The notes under the pieces: model-generated
What the model was told of the DNA's origin: nothing
The model's input: the letters and a program-made list of their open reading frames with translations, nothing else
Database searches by the model: none
Source: the human T2T-CHM13v2.0 reference genome, Homo sapiens
Reading direction: 5' to 3' (one strand)
NCBI RefSeq assembly: GCF_009914755.1
Contig: NC_060929.1
Length of the DNA: 64,000 nucleotides
Translations under genes and position numbers: made by a program
In this document: piece after piece, positions 33,414 through 46,699 of the stretch
How positions within the stretch are numbered: the stretch's first letter is position 1
Layout: the number at the start of each line of letters is the position of its first letter

Positions 33414-33984
33414 TGTTGCTATAAATATTTGCATACAAGCTTTTTTATGTCCATATGTTTTAATTTCTTTTGACAACATACTTAGAAGTGGTATTGTTGG
33501 GTGATATATTGTGTTTAACTTTATAAGAAACTATAAAAAATTAGAAACTTTTCCAAAATGGATATACCAATTTGCATCCCCATCAGCAATGTAAGAGGGT
33601 TCCAGTTGAACCACATCCTCGGCAATATTTGGGATTGTCAGTTTAAAAAATTTTATTTTTCTAGCAGATAATTGTATCTCATTCTAGTTTTTATTTGCAT
33701 TTTCCTAACAATTGATGATGTTGACTATCTTTTTATGTGATTATTTATCATCTAATTTGCTAATATTTTATTTCAAATTTTTATATCTGTGTTTATCAAA
33801 TATATTGGTGTATAGTTTCCTTTTCTTATAATTTCTTTTCCAGCTTTTGGTATAAGGTTTATTCCTTGTAAAATGAGTTGGGGTAAATTCTATCCTTTGT
33901 TTTCTGAGTTTGTTTAGTGTTTGAATTGCTTCTTTATTATTTTATAGAATTTTCCAATGAAATCATCTGGTCTTGGAGTTTTCT

Positions 33985-34455
33985 TTTTCTTATAAAATTT
34001 GTATAAATTTAAAGGATACAAGTGCAGTTTTGTTCCACAGATATATTGTGTAGTAGTGAAGTTTGGCCTTTTAGTGTACCCATTACCTGAATAGTGTATG
34101 TTGTACTCATTAAGTAATTTCTCATCTACCACCCTCTTCCCACCCTGCTGCCCTTCTGAACCTCCAATATTGATCATTCCACAGTCTATATCCATGTGTA
34201 CAGATTATTTAGCTTTTACTTACAGCTGAGAACTTTTGGTATTTGACTTTATTTCTGAGTTGTTTCACTGAAGATAGTGGACTCCAGTTCCATCCATGTT
34301 GCTGCAAAGGACATGGTTTCATTCTTTTCTATGGCTAAATAGTATTCCATTGTGTATATATACCACATTTTCTTTATTCAGTCATCTGTCAATGTACATT
34401 TAGATTGATTCCATATCTTTGCTATTGTGAATAATGCTGCAATAAATGTATTAGT
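33985..34455 (-). mobile_element. 5'-truncated L1MA (L1MA2/3-like) 3' end
   Basis: 'aatttaaaggatacaagtgcagttttgtt...tccagttccatccatgttgctgcaaaggacatg...tagtattccattgtgtatatataccacattttctttat'; approximate TSD tggagttt(t)ctt. Confidence 0.85.
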
Positions 34456-36334
34456 GGAGTTTCTTATAAAGAAGTTTTGAAAATGAATTTAATTTGTTTA
34501 ACTAAATTCTGATAGGATATATTCTGAGTATATCTGAGTCTGATAAGATATAGTCATAACAGGGAGTATTCAGATTTTCAATTTTTTCCTGTGTCAGTTA
34601 TTGTAAGTTGTATTTTTTAAGGAGTTTGTCCAATTAAGATACATCAAATTTTATTGGCATAAAGTTGTTAATTACAGTCCCTTATTATCATTTTCATGTC
34701 TGTAGGAGCTATAATTACATGTCATCTTTCATTCTTGACATTGGGAATTTGTGTTCTCGTTCATTCATCCTTAGTCTTGCTGGACGTTTATTAACTTTAT
34801 TAATGTTTTCAAAAAATAGGTTTTGTTTTGTTAAAATTTTCTATTGTTGTTCATTTCATTAAATTTTGCTCTTATATTTATTTCATTCTATTTTCTTTTG
34901 TATTGATATACTATTCTCTTTCAAGCATCATAAGGTAAAAATACAAAATTATTGATTTTTTGCCCATATTTCCTTTTCTTATATAAGCATTTAAATGGAT
35001 AAATTCCCTTCTAAGTGCTGCTTTAGCTGCATCCCACAAATTTTGATATGCTGTATTTCCTTTATCATTCATTTTGAAATATTTTCTAATTCCCCTGTAA
35101 TTTCTTCTTTGATCCATGTGTTATGTCTTATTGCTATTGATTTATAATTTAAATTCATTATGGTTGGAGAATATATTCTGATGACTTTAATCTTTTAAAA
35201 TTTATTGAGATTTATTTTGGTGCTCAGAATATGGTGATTTTGGTGAATGCTCCATGTGCACTTGAAAATAATGTATTTCTGCAGTGGTTTCATCTGGTCT
35301 ATAAATATCATTTAGGTCAAGGTGATTGATAGTGTTTGGATATTCCATATAATTACTTGTTCTATCAATTACTGTCTGCTTGTTCTATCAATTACTGAGA
35401 AAGGAAGGTTAAGATCTCCAAGTATAATTGTGACTTCGTCTAATTCTTCCTTTAATTCTGTCAGCTTTTGCTTAATATATTTTGAGCTTCTGTTTTTATG
35501 TTAGTACACATTTATAATTGCCATGTCCTCTTGGTAAAATGATGCTTTTTTCATGATAAAATGTCTGTCCTTATATCTGATCTTACTCCTTGTTAAATCA
35601 TTTTTGTTTAATATTAATTTAGCCACATTAGTTTTTTTATGTTTACAGTTTGCTGGAAACTGTATTTTTTGTCCTTTTGTTTTCAACATAATATTATATT
35701 TCAAGTGTGTGTCTTATAGACAACCAATAGTTAGGTCTCGCTTTTGTATACAGTCCGAAGGTTTCTGCCTCTTACTAGAAGGCTTAGCCTATTTATATTT
35801 AGTGTAATTATTGATAAGGTTGGGTTTAGGTCTATTATCTTGCTATTTGTTTGCCGTTTGTCTATCTTTCTTCATTCACTTATTTGTCCTTTCCTACTTT
35901 CTGTTGGGCTAATCAAATATTTTTAAATATTTCATTCAGTTCCTCTATTGCGTTTTAAGTCTTTTCTCCAGGGATTAAAATATGCATTATTTATTAATGG
36001 CATTCTATTTAGAATTGATATTGTACCACTTCATATAAAATACCTAGAAAAGTAGTCCATTACCTCTGTGTCTTTTGTGCTACTCTTGTCATATAACTTC
36101 CTTTAGGCACATAGTAGAAACATGGTAAATATTCCCTGAATGCATGGATGATGGGTCAAGTAAAGGGAAGTGCCACATTAGAACTCTGATCACAGTTAAT
36201 CCTGCTGTGTTCCCCAAGTCAAGGGTTAGTGGGATTTCTATGGCTTTGTTGAGATCATCATTTTCAATTAAATGCTTACTGAACATCTAGGAGCTGTAGT
36301 TTCGGCAGAGTAGAAAGAATGGTGAACTTAAGAG

Positions 36335-36840
36335 TCAGGATTCGGTTGCAAGTTAGAGAAATGCAAGTCAAACTGGGTTAAGCTAAAAACAAAGGAAATG
36401 GGCAGGTTTTATAAATGAGAAGTTTAGGGATACTGTATTCAGGGACCAGAACAATGTTAGTAAGCCTCTCTACATCTTTCTCTTCCCTTCCACCTCTATT
36501 TGTTACTGCTTGTCTTTGTGGGTTGACTTCATTTTCTCTGTTGGAGGTAGACTCTCCCTACATGGCAGGAAAGACAATTTTCTAGAAGCTCCAGGCCTAT
36601 ATTATTTCAGCTCAGCAAAATAACAAGATTCTGATTGGCTCAGCTTGGGTCACGTGATCTTCCCTGAGCTAATCATCATATACCAGGCAATGTACTACAT
36701 TTGACAAAAACTGAGTCATGGGCTCTGGCGATTGGTTAGGGAAAAACTGACATCCCCAACAGGGTCTCATGGAATGAAGGAGGAGTTTTTCAAAGAAGTC
36801 TGAAGAAAGTAAATGCACAGTATCCTGGGAAGAGAACAAC
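36335..36840. mobile_element. Old MLT1-type LTR
   Basis: 'tcaggattcggttgcaag...caaactgggttaagc', 'ttctgattggctcagcttgggtcacgtg...cctgagctaatcatca'. Confidence 0.7.
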
Positions 36841-36979
36841 TGGCTGCTCCAGGCTACTCTAATCTCTTTGAAAGTCCTGGCTCCACGATCTTCCATATGA
36901 TTTTAGCCAAATAACTTCCCTTCTCTAGTTGTATTTTCTCATCTGCATGTCGATCTCTGAGATTTCTTCTATCTCTAAC

Positions 36980-37440
36980 ACTGGAAGCAATATAAATGTC
37001 CCTCAACAATGGGATGGGTAAATTAAGAAATATTTATATAGTGCATATATGACATGGTAATGAAATTGAATTAACTCAAGTTACATAATTTAACATGGGT
37101 AAATCTAAAAAAATGTTGACCAAAACCACAACTTGAAAAGGGCTATGTACAGTATTATACCACTTAAATAAAATTTTAGAACACAAAATAGAAATATAAA
37201 GGCATGACTAACACAAAATTTGGGATTGTCACCACTGCTATAAAGGGAGGGATGGGAATGGGATATGGAAAGGGTACACAGAGGGCTTCAACTCTATCTG
37301 TAATATTTTGCTTCTTAAAAGTATGAAAAAGTAAGGCTTTATGTTATGATGTGATAAAGTTGAGTGTTTCAGAAGCATAGGTACTTGATGCTTTATATGG
37401 TAAATTTTTCTGTATGTTTAAAATATTTCAAAATAACAAT
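36980..37440 (+). mobile_element. L1ME/L1MC 3' end
   Basis: 'aaatgtccctcaacaatgggatggg', 'tacagtattataccactta', 'agggcttcaactctatctgtaatatttt'. Confidence 0.75.
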
Positions 37441-37539
37441 AGCTATCATTATAGTACTATTTAGCATGTTAGGTACTATTAGGCACTCATCTAATAACTT
37501 TACATGAGTTTCTTCATTTATTTTCTATTAATTTTCTAG

Positions 37540-37790
37540 TGGAGGGCTCAGCTCCTTGTATGTGGGCCTCTTCATAGGGCTGAGTGTCCTCAAACATGGC
37601 AGCCTGCTGAATGAGTGACCCAAGAGAAAGAGGGAGGAGGAAGTCACACTCTGTTGCTTCTGTTACATTCTAGTCATCCACGAGTCAGTCAGTACAGCCC
37701 ACATGCAAGGAGAGGAGAATGAAGGGTCCATCTTTGAAGGAAAGAATATAAAATAATATATGGACATATTTTTTCAGTCATCACACTGTG
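37540..37790. mobile_element. MLT1-type LTR fragment
   Basis: 'gtgggcctcttcatagggctgagtgtcctcaaacatggcagc...cagcccacatgcaaggagaggagaat'. Confidence 0.7.
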
Positions 37791-37809
37791 CATTGTATTT
37801 TACTTTATT

Positions 37810-38275
37810 TAACTCTTTAAGACTTTATCTTTTTAGAGAAGTGTTAAGTTCACAGCAAAATTGAGGGAAAGTTACAGAAATTTCCCATATACCTCCTATC
37901 CTGCACATGCATAGCCCCCCCACTTGGCCTCATTATTGACATCTCCCACAAGAGTGGTACATTTGTTACAATTGAAAAAACTACATTAACACATCATTGT
38001 CACCCAAAGTCCATAGTTTACATTAGGGTTCACTCTTGGCAGTAAACATTTTTATGGGCTTGGGAAAATGTATAATGATATGTATCCACCATTATATTTT
38101 CATAAAGAGTAGATTCACTGTCCTAAAAATCCTTCATGCTTCACCTATTCATCCCTTCCCACCCCAACCCCTGCCAACCACTAATCTTTTTACTGTCTCC
38201 ATAGATTTGTGTTTTCCAGAATTTCATATCATTAGAATAATATACAGCCCTTTCAGATGGGTTTCTGTCACTTAA
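37810..38275 (-). mobile_element. 5'-truncated L1MC1/2-like 3' end
   Basis: 'taagttcacagcaaaattgagggaaagttacagaaatttccc...cacccaaagtccatagtttacattagggttcactcttgg'. Confidence 0.88.
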
Positions 38276-38329
38276 TAGGATATATCCTATTAAGCGTATG
38301 TATCTTAGTAAGATACATATTTTTCCCAT

Positions 38330-38465
38330 AATTTGCATTTTCAGGTTGCATTATCTGCAATTTATAGAAGACACGGGCAACTTGCTCAAGTTGAGAGCTA
38401 GGAGGTGGCAACTCAACCCCTGGCAATCTGGCACTGGGGTTGGTGCTCTTAACCACTGTTACACT
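38330..38465 (-). mobile_element. MIR fragment
   Basis: 'gcaacttgctcaag...actcaacccctggcaatctggc...gctcttaaccactgt'. Confidence 0.65.
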
Positions 38466-38499
38466 GTCTCTGTAATAAGTCACACATTGAACACATACC

Positions 38500-39010
38500 C
38501 AGATAACTATGTAGTGAGGTGCTAGATACCATGAAGCATAAAAATAGTATGCAGAGCTACAGGATTTAAGATGAAGATGGCCTTACTTCTTAGTGAGGTG
38601 ATGAGGCAAGGTTTAAAGGAAGGGAAACCATTTATTCAAGGCTCTGAATAAGAGGTGGAGACTGGCAGGGATCCTTGGTGAGGATCAGGAGAGGCAATTT
38701 CCAAGTAGAGGGAACAGCATAAACAAACAGCCTGGGAAATTCTGAGTCACTGCACAGGCCATTAGTGGGGACTGACTCTAGGCTATGGGATGTAGTGTGG
38801 TAATAGAGGCCAAGAATGCTAGCCCAAGGGTGAAGGAAGCCCAGGAAGATTTCAAGGAAGAGACGAACACCTCAGAGCTGGGCTTTAGGAAGGGCCAGGG
38901 GAAAAGTGGTAGATTAGAGGGAGGAGCCTAAAAGTGGGGAAGCAGCTATGAAATTGTCCAGCACAAGAGGGAATGAATGTGGTGGCTGAGAGGCGGACAG
39001 GTGGAGATGG
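38500..39010 (-). mobile_element. L2 fragment
   Basis: 'ttccaagtagagggaacagcataaacaaacagcctgg' and other purine-rich antisense L2 motifs. Confidence 0.6.
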
Positions 39011-40189
39011 ACCGGCCGTGTAGGAGCACCAAGCTAAGTGCTTTTGCATTCGCTATCTTGCATATTCCTCCCATTTGGTTGATAAAGAAACTGAGTCTCT
39101 ACTGTCTACTCTCTGGGGCCTGGTTCCTGTTGGTGAATCCTCCTGCTCTGGAACGAAAACAAATCCATGACATTCACCTTCTGTTGATTCTTCCCAACTT
39201 GCAGTTTTTGAGAACTTCCCAGCAATGACCTAAAAAAAAATTTTTCCTTGCTGCTAAAAATAGACCAGTGAAATTACTCATTATTAGATAGTTCTTGCCT
39301 TTAAAATAAAAATCTACAGATAGATTCCTGGGATGGCAGAGTAGGGAAGAAAATAGCCTAATTTCTTTTAAAAATAAATGGGACTGTTAGAGGTGGCTAA
39401 TGCATTCAAGTTTCCCAAGGAGAGCTAACCCCAGGTAAAACAGTGGAGTCAGGAAGTTTGCTTTGATGGTGCTGTGCCTCTCTGCCCAGGGACCCACAGG
39501 GAGAGAGATGGTGCTTCCTAGTGGTTTCCCAGGCAGTGAAAATCACTATCCACTTTTAGTGAGGACTGGCTGGAGGCCAAGCCCTGTATGTGGATGAGTG
39601 GAACGGGGTCCTCGCCTCAGGCCGCTATCAGCCTAGTAAGAAGCTAAAACCTTCACCACGTGTCTTGACAAAATTAAGGTTCTGTCCATTTGCCTGTCAT
39701 CACATCACAGGAAACTTTTATGGGTAGACTTTTGTGAAATCAGCAGGGTATGTTTGGGATAATCTGACATAAAAAGCAGGCTCTGTGGAGCACACAAAAA
39801 TGAACTTCGGAGGACCTAGAGGGCACTTCGAACAGATGGGCAGTTGCCCTCCAGTGCAGCTGAGTAGAAATAGTCCATGGTACCACCAGCTTGGCATGGC
39901 ATACTATGAAGAACAGCTGATGTTTTTTGAATGTTTACTGTTACATGTATTAAGATGACCTGGGCAGACAACAAAAACAGTGGTTTTATACACAATCCTC
40001 AAGAGGAAAGTGACTGAGGGCAGATGCTTCCGATTCTTGATACTTGGTAGCAATGATCCAGCTGCCTCTCAGCAGAGCAAATATATGGAGCATTCCAGGG
40101 TGAGTAGCAGCAGAAATTTATTTATTTTACTATGTTTAGTAATTCTCCTGAGCAATGTCAAGGAGGCCTGTTACTTCTGCTACCACCAT

Positions 40190-40400
40190 TTAATAATAGC
40201 TACCACTTGCCATGTGCTTGCTACAGGGTAGCAATGAGCTAAGTGCTTTTATGTTGGATTATCTCATTTATTTGCATAACAACCTATTAGGTAGGTTACA
40301 ATGATGCCCATTTTATAGAGAAGAAAACTGAGGCTGCGTACTAAACCACTAACTTGTGCTAGACTGCCATAGTAAAGATAAAATCTCCTCAAACTCAAAG
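40190..40400 (-). mobile_element. MIR SINE
   Basis: 'ataatagctaccacttg...cataacaacctattaggtagg...cccattttatagagaagaaaactgaggc'. Confidence 0.8.
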
Positions 40401-40424
40401 CAGACACATGGGTTGAGAAAAGAT

Positions 40425-40509
40425 TGCTTGAACTCCAGGCCTCAAGTGATCCTCCTGCCTTGGCCTCCCAAAGTCCTGGGATTATAGGTGTGAACCACAG
40501 CACCTGGCC
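40425..40509 (-). mobile_element. Alu left-arm fragment (5' ~85 bp)
   Basis: ttgaactccaggcctcaagtgatcctcctgccttggcctcccaaagtcctgggattataggtgtgaaccacagcacctggcc. Confidence 0.85.
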
Positions 40510-41102
40510 AGACAAAAGATTTCCGTGTGATTTATGCATCTGTAATAGTTTTAGTAAGGTATAAAAATTCACATACACATTCAATTAATAAATCAACTTC
40601 ACTGGAAATACTAAAATGATATCAAATTAGCATTTTCCTCAGAAAGTCTGGGTTGGAGGGCTACTGGTTTGAGGCACAAAGTGGGAAATCCCCCCTGTTA
40701 GCAGTGGATCAGGTTTTGTTTCTCGAGTCCTCCGGGTCCCACCTCTGCCCCATCTAAGCGTTTCTGTCCAGAATTCTGTGGTTCCATAATTCCAGCCTCC
40801 TTCCATTGCCAGTCCCAAAATTCGATCTCCTCCCACCCCCCTTCCGCTGTGAATCCTTTAGTGGCTCATCATCTTCAGAATCAAATCCAAACTCCTTAAT
40901 ACAGCTTCTGGGACTCTTCATAGTCTCGGTCACAGCCTACATAATCAGCGATCATTCAATCTCATACCAAGAGTAATTTTAAATATTTAAAAATAATTTA
41001 ATAGCAAATTAAAAACATTTTAAAATAAAAATAGCTTCATTTAAATAAAATAATATTTAAAACTTTGTATATTTGTGATGTGCACCATAGTTGAGAAAGT
41101 AT

Positions 41103-41563
41103 GGTAATGCCAAACCTTATCCTCAGCTTTGCTTTCCAAGGTTTCAGTTACCCAACCACAGTCCAAAAATAAATGAATATAGTACAATAAGATATGTTGA
41201 GAGAGAGAGAAAGAGAGAGAGACTACAGTATAACTTTTTATTACAGTATGTATGTATGTATTTATTTAGTACAGACAGTGGCTTGCTATGTTGCCCAGGC
41301 TGGTATCGAACTCCTGGGCTCAGGTGATCCTCCTGCCTTGGACTCCCAAAGTGCTGGGATTACAGATGGCCACCAAAATTTTTCTGTTTTATTATTAGTT
41401 ATTGCTGTTAATCTCTTACCGTACCTAAGTTATAAAGTAAACTTTATCATAGGTATGTATGTTTACGAAAATACATAGTACATATATCATTCGCTACTAT
41501 CTGTGGTTTCAGGCATCCACAGAGGCCTTGGAACCTATTTTCCATGGACAAGGGAAGACTATG
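41103..41563. mobile_element. MER44A (Tigger7-derived) DNA transposon, interrupted by an Alu monomer
   Basis: 'ccttatcc...tttgctttccaaggtttcagttaccc' and 'aaactttatcataggtatgtatgt...ggtttcaggcatccacagaggccttggaac...caagggaagactatg'. Confidence 0.85.
41260..41373 (-). mobile_element. FLAM/AluJ monomer
   Basis: 'ttgctatgttgcccaggctggtatcgaactcctgggctcaggtgatcctcctgccttgg'. Confidence 0.85.
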
Positions 41564-41649
41564 GTACATTCACATACATTACATCATTTGATATGCATAA
41601 CAGCCATATGTGGCAGGCAAGCAGGTGTGATCATTCCTACATATTTTAA

Positions 41650-42670
41650 AATAAACTTTTAATTTAAAAATAGATTTAGATTCATAGAAAAGTTTAAAGA
41701 CAGTACAGATTTCCCAATATGCCATATCTGGTTTGCCCTATTATCAACATTTTGCATTAGTATGGTACATTTTGACACATTGATTAACCAATATTGATAC
41801 ATTCATTAGTATTAGCTGAAGTCCATACTTTATTATTCAGATTTCCTTAGTTTTAGCCTAATGTTCCTTTTCTGTTTCAGGATACCATCCAGGAAAATGC
41901 ATTATATTTAGTAATGTCTTCTTGGGCTTCTCTTGGTTGTGACAGTTTTTCAGACTTTCCTTATTTTTTAAATAACTTTTATGGTTTTCAGGGGTACTGA
42001 CCAGGTCTTTTGTAGAATGTTCATTAGTTGGGATTTTTCTGATGATTTTCTCCTGATTATACTGGAGTTATGCATTTTTGGGAGGAAGACCACAGAGAAG
42101 AAGTTCCTTTCTCATCACCTCATACCAACGGTATGTACTGTCTGGATGGCTTATTACTGTTGATGTTCAAGTGGATGGCCTGGCTGAGGCTGTGTGTCAG
42201 GTTTCTCCATGACCAACATACTCCTTCCTTTCTATACCATCCTCTCTAGAAGGAAGTCACTATGCACAGCTCACACTATAGCAGTGGAAATTATGCTCTA
42301 CCTCCGTGACAGCATCTACATAAATTATTCCAAATTCTTCTGCATGGGAGATTTGTCTCTTTTTCACATTTGTGTATCCATTCCTTCATTTATAGAAGTA
42401 TGGACTTATGCATATGTGCTTTATACTTTGGATTATAACTCAATACTACTTTATTTTGTTGCTCAAATTGTGTCAGCCTTGACCATTGGGCGCTCTTTCA
42501 GATGTCTTCTGTGCTCCTTTCACAGGCTCATTTTGTATATTCCCTGTTCCATTTCTAGGATCAAACATTTCTCCAGGGAACCCTGGTTCCCTTTATTGGA
42601 GAATAACACCAGGCACTGGGTATCATTGTTGTTACTGGGATGTGATTGCTCCTAGGTCCTCTCACCTGAA
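41650..42670 (-). mobile_element. L1MC4-type 3' end
   Basis: 'tttagattcatagaaaagttt', 'caggataccatccagga', 'tttgggaggaagaccacagag', 'ttctccagggaaccctggttccctttattggagaat'. Confidence 0.85.
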
Positions 42671-42909
42671 AAAGCTGATCATTTCTGATTTATGTATGAG
42701 AATGGTGAGGTTCCAGGAGATTTTTACCATTTCTTGAAGACACCTAAAACTTCCAAAAGTCTCACTGCCTTTGAACATGCCTTCCTCTCTTTTCTGTGTA
42801 GTGAAGCAGCTTCTCTGGTCCCTCCTGTGAGTTTCCTTTTTGGAAAGGTGCCTCCTCTCCCATCAGAATGAAGGTTTTTTCCCTATGCTTCCACTGTACT
42901 TTGTTAATA

Positions 42910-43609
42910 TAGGTTGAATATCCTCCATCTGAAATGTTGGAGGCCAGAATGTTTTGGATTTCAATTTTTTTTTGGACTTTGGAATATTTGCATATACATA
43001 ATGAGATGTCTTGGGGGATGAAACTCAACTCTAAACACAAAATTCATTTGTGCTTCACATATACCTTATACACATAGCCTGAAGGAAATTGTATACAATA
43101 TTTTAAATAATTTTGTGCATGAAGCAGAGTTTGTGTACATTGCACCATCAGAAAGCAAAGGTGTCCCTATCTTGGCCACCCATGTGGACAATCTGCAGTT
43201 GTTTGGCATCACCGTCATTACTGACTGAATTTATATGATACCAATAAGTATTCATTTTCTCACACTCTTTCACACATAAGTACTTAACATTAAAAAATAT
43301 GATATACCGGCTGAGCGAGGTGGCTCACGCCTGTAATGCCAGCACTCTGGGAGGCTGAGGTGGGCGGATCACTTGAGATCAGGAGTTTGAGAGCAGCCTG
43401 GCCAACTTACCAACTTGGTGAAACCGCATCTCTACTAAAAGCACAAAAAATTAGCTGGGCATGATGGTGCATGCCTGTAGTCTCAGCTACTCAGGAGGCT
43501 GAGGAACGAGAATTGCTTGAACCTGGGAGACGGAGGTTGTAGTGAGCTGAGATTGCACCACTGCACTCCAGCCCAGGCGGCACAGTGAGACTCCCATTTC
43601 AAAAAAACA

Positions 43610-43642
<33 letters not shown>

Positions 43643-44224
43643 ATATACCATTCATACAGTGAAGGAATAATATGTTCAGAATAACTAAGCAGCACAGTGT
43701 CATCAGCAGAATGCCTGTATCAGATGTTAAGCAACAGCAACAGTAAACGATGCCAGGCTTTCAGTCTCTACTTATGATGCTGTGTTTTGATTAAAAGGTT
43801 ACTATACACTGTATTTTATATAAGGTGAGCAGAAACACCAGAAGTAGTTAAGGGACCAGGAAGGGGCTCTCTAGTGAAGAGGAAGTATTCTGCTGGATGG
43901 CTTTTTAAAATGTTTCCTCCAGAATCAATCTTCATTAAAAATGGTTTTTGTCTTAGAAGTGCCTCTGATTTTATAAACTGATGTGATTTCTTTTTCTGTT
44001 ATGAATGAATGAAGACATATGGAAGCACAAGGGAGCTAAGTGGGTCTTTTCCCCTTGGGGACAGTAAATAAACTGTGTGCTGTGGACCTGTGTTTTGACT
44101 TTGACAGGTCACATGAGGTCAGGAGTGGAATTTTCCATTTGTGGCATCATGTCTACACCCAAAAAGTTTTAGATTTTAGAGTATTTTGAATTTTGGACTT
44201 TCAGGATCAGGATGCTCTACCTGT
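42910..44224. mobile_element. Tigger4 (Zombi) internal-deletion derivative with both TIRs
   Basis: Left end ta|taggttgaatatcc, right end ggatgctctacctg|ta; subterminal 'tttggaatatttgcatatacataatgag' and 'cacatgaggtcaggagtggaattttcca'. Confidence 0.88.
43309..43642 (+). mobile_element. AluS inside Tigger4
   Basis: Dimeric Alu with (AAAAC)n tail; TSD ~atatacc; 8-bp internal duplication ccaactta/ccaacttg. Confidence 0.93.
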
Positions 44225-44532
44225 ATTACCAGGAAACATTCATCACAATGTGATGTGTTAGAGTTAGTTAACATATATATGCCTGCTCTTATGACTTGCT
44301 CATCTAGCACAGCTAGTAGGTGCTCAGCAAATGTTTGCTGAATTGCTTTCACATGTACAGGCAATGTTTGAGCTGGAAGGTATAGAATGAACTGAGATAT
44401 GAAGGGCATGCCTTGCAGGATGCCTGGTATCTTTCTACCTCCACCCTCTCCTCTTCCCATTTACAGTTCTTCCTGTGGGTTAAGATTTTATGGCATTGTG
44501 CATAGAAGACAGGGTCCACGAGAATCATCTAG

Positions 44533-44680
44533 GCAAGTATTCCTAAACTTTACAGCACATCAGAATCACCCAGAAATTTGTTAGTACACAGAGTCCTCCT
44601 CCCAACTTCTACTCCAGAAATTGATTTCAGGATGTCTGGGATGGGGCTGGAGATCTGAATTTAATAATTTTGCCTGGGCC
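44533..44680. mobile_element. MER5A (hAT-Charlie) fragment
   Basis: 'ttcctaaactttacagcacatcagaatcacccaga...gtctgggatggggctggagatctg'. Confidence 0.75.
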
Positions 44681-45668
44681 CTGGAAAAGAAAGGCAGTAA
44701 AGCCAAAGTATGCAGTCTGAAATCTGATATTTGGGAATTTCTGAAATACAACAACTCCAATCTAATCTGTAATAACTGAACTATTAAAAAACTCTACTAG
44801 AATCTATGTATCCTCTCATTGTGGACATACAGGGGTAACTAAAACATATAAACTTAAGTGTGAAGAGAGATACTGCCTCGAAGGAGTCTCTTGGGGACTT
44901 TTCAGTATTATAACCTTAAAGCTGTCTTTACAAGGTTAAACTGGGCCAAACCAAGTGTAAAAGTGACAGTTTAGAGTTTGATAACTGGGCAGCCCATCCC
45001 TCTTAATGCTCTAGATTTATTAGAGCACTTTCACATTGTGCTGTGGGTCTGATAAATATATTGCTAAGAACAAAAGACTCAGTTAGCAGGATAGGATATG
45101 TCAGTCATCACAGCTTTTCCAAACGTGCTTAGTTAATGCAGCCTTGTTCATTGTCTACAAGCAAAGACTATTCTACAGTAAACCCATTTTCCAGTAGCCA
45201 TCTTCTTTACAAGTACCTTTATGAAAGACTTTCTTTTTTTCTCCCTCTTTCCTCCTCCTCCCTACTCATGCTCCTCTTTCCTTTTTTTCCTACACTACCA
45301 AACATTTGTTTGAACTAAGTGCATTGGTTGAATAGAGTAAAACCTAAATTTTAGAATATATTAAAATAATTATAGTTTATGGATTTCAGCTATATTTAGT
45401 GACACAAATAAATCTGAAAATATACTGACAAAAATATTGATAAGATGAAATTTTTCAAAGTTAAGGATGAGAGAAGAACAAACTTGTAATTCGTTCGAAT
45501 GCACAGTTCTGGTTGTTTCACAAAAACTAAGGTTGCTGATACCTTAGATTTTTTGTGTTATAAAAGTATACCCCTTGCGACTGAATGTCCTGTCCAAAAG
45601 TCATGTTGAAATTTAATTGCCATTGTGATGGTATTAAGAGACGGAATCTGTAAAAAGTGATTAGGTCA

Positions 45669-46030
45669 TGAATTTGGTTTAGCTGTGTCCCTACCCAAAT
45701 CTCATCTTGAATTGTAACTCCTACAATTCCCACGTGTCATGAGAGGAACCCGATGGGAGGTGATTGAATTGTGGGGGCAGGTCTTTCCTGTGCTGTTCTC
45801 TTGATAGTGAATGAGTCTCATGAGATCTGATGGTTTTAAAAATGGGAGTTTCCCTGCATAAGTTTTCTCTTTGCCTGCTGCCATCTGTGTGAGACGTGAC
45901 TTGATCCTCCTTGCCTTCCTCCAGGATTGTGAGGCCTCCCCAGCCACGTGGAACTGTAAGTCCATTAAACCTCTTTTTCTTCCCAGTCTTGGGTATGTCT
46001 TTATTGGCAGCATGAAAATGGACTAATACA
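45669..46030 (+). mobile_element. THE1A solo LTR
   Basis: tgaatttggtttagctgtgtccctacccaaatctcatcttgaattg...aaaaatgggagtttccctgc...atggactaataca; perfect TSD ggtca at 45664-45668 and 46031-46035. Confidence 0.92.
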
Positions 46031-46065
46031 GGTCATGAGGGGCTTGGCCCTTATAAGTGGGTTAA

Positions 46066-46506
<441 letters not shown>

Positions 46507-46699
46507 AACTTCTATTTCTTTTCTTAAATAAATTTGCTGGTCTGTGGTATCCTGTTATAGCAGCAGAAAATGGGTTAAGACACTTCTTTTCTCATAACCT
46601 TATTATTTTGCTGAACAGGATGATTTTTTTCATAGTCAGGAAAGGTAAACATTTTAGTTATGCAGCATGTAACCACATGACATACTAATTTTTATGATA

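Larger units (their letters stand above)
30190..33755 (-). mobile_element. L1M 3' fragment split by the MSTC element
   Basis: 'atattccattatatggatataccacagtttgcttattcattcaccagttggtagacatttgggttgttt'; sequence rejoins as atgaataatgttg|ctataaatatttgcatacaag across the MSTC insertion. Confidence 0.8.
29640..36090 (-). mobile_element. Degenerate L1M ORF2 region, host of several nested insertions
   Basis: Antisense ORF2 motifs 'ttgcattggctagaatatccagtatgatgttgaataga', 'gctttagctgcatcccacaaattttgatatgctgtatttcc' (minus-strand peptide YQNLWDAAKA) and 'tcaagtgtgtgtcttatagacaac'. Confidence 0.85.

Noticed and set aside
34911-35117. ORF with an L1 ORF2-like peptide (YQNLWDAAKA)
   Set aside because: Real L1 homology, but a short fragment of a heavily disrupted ancient L1; not a functional CDS.
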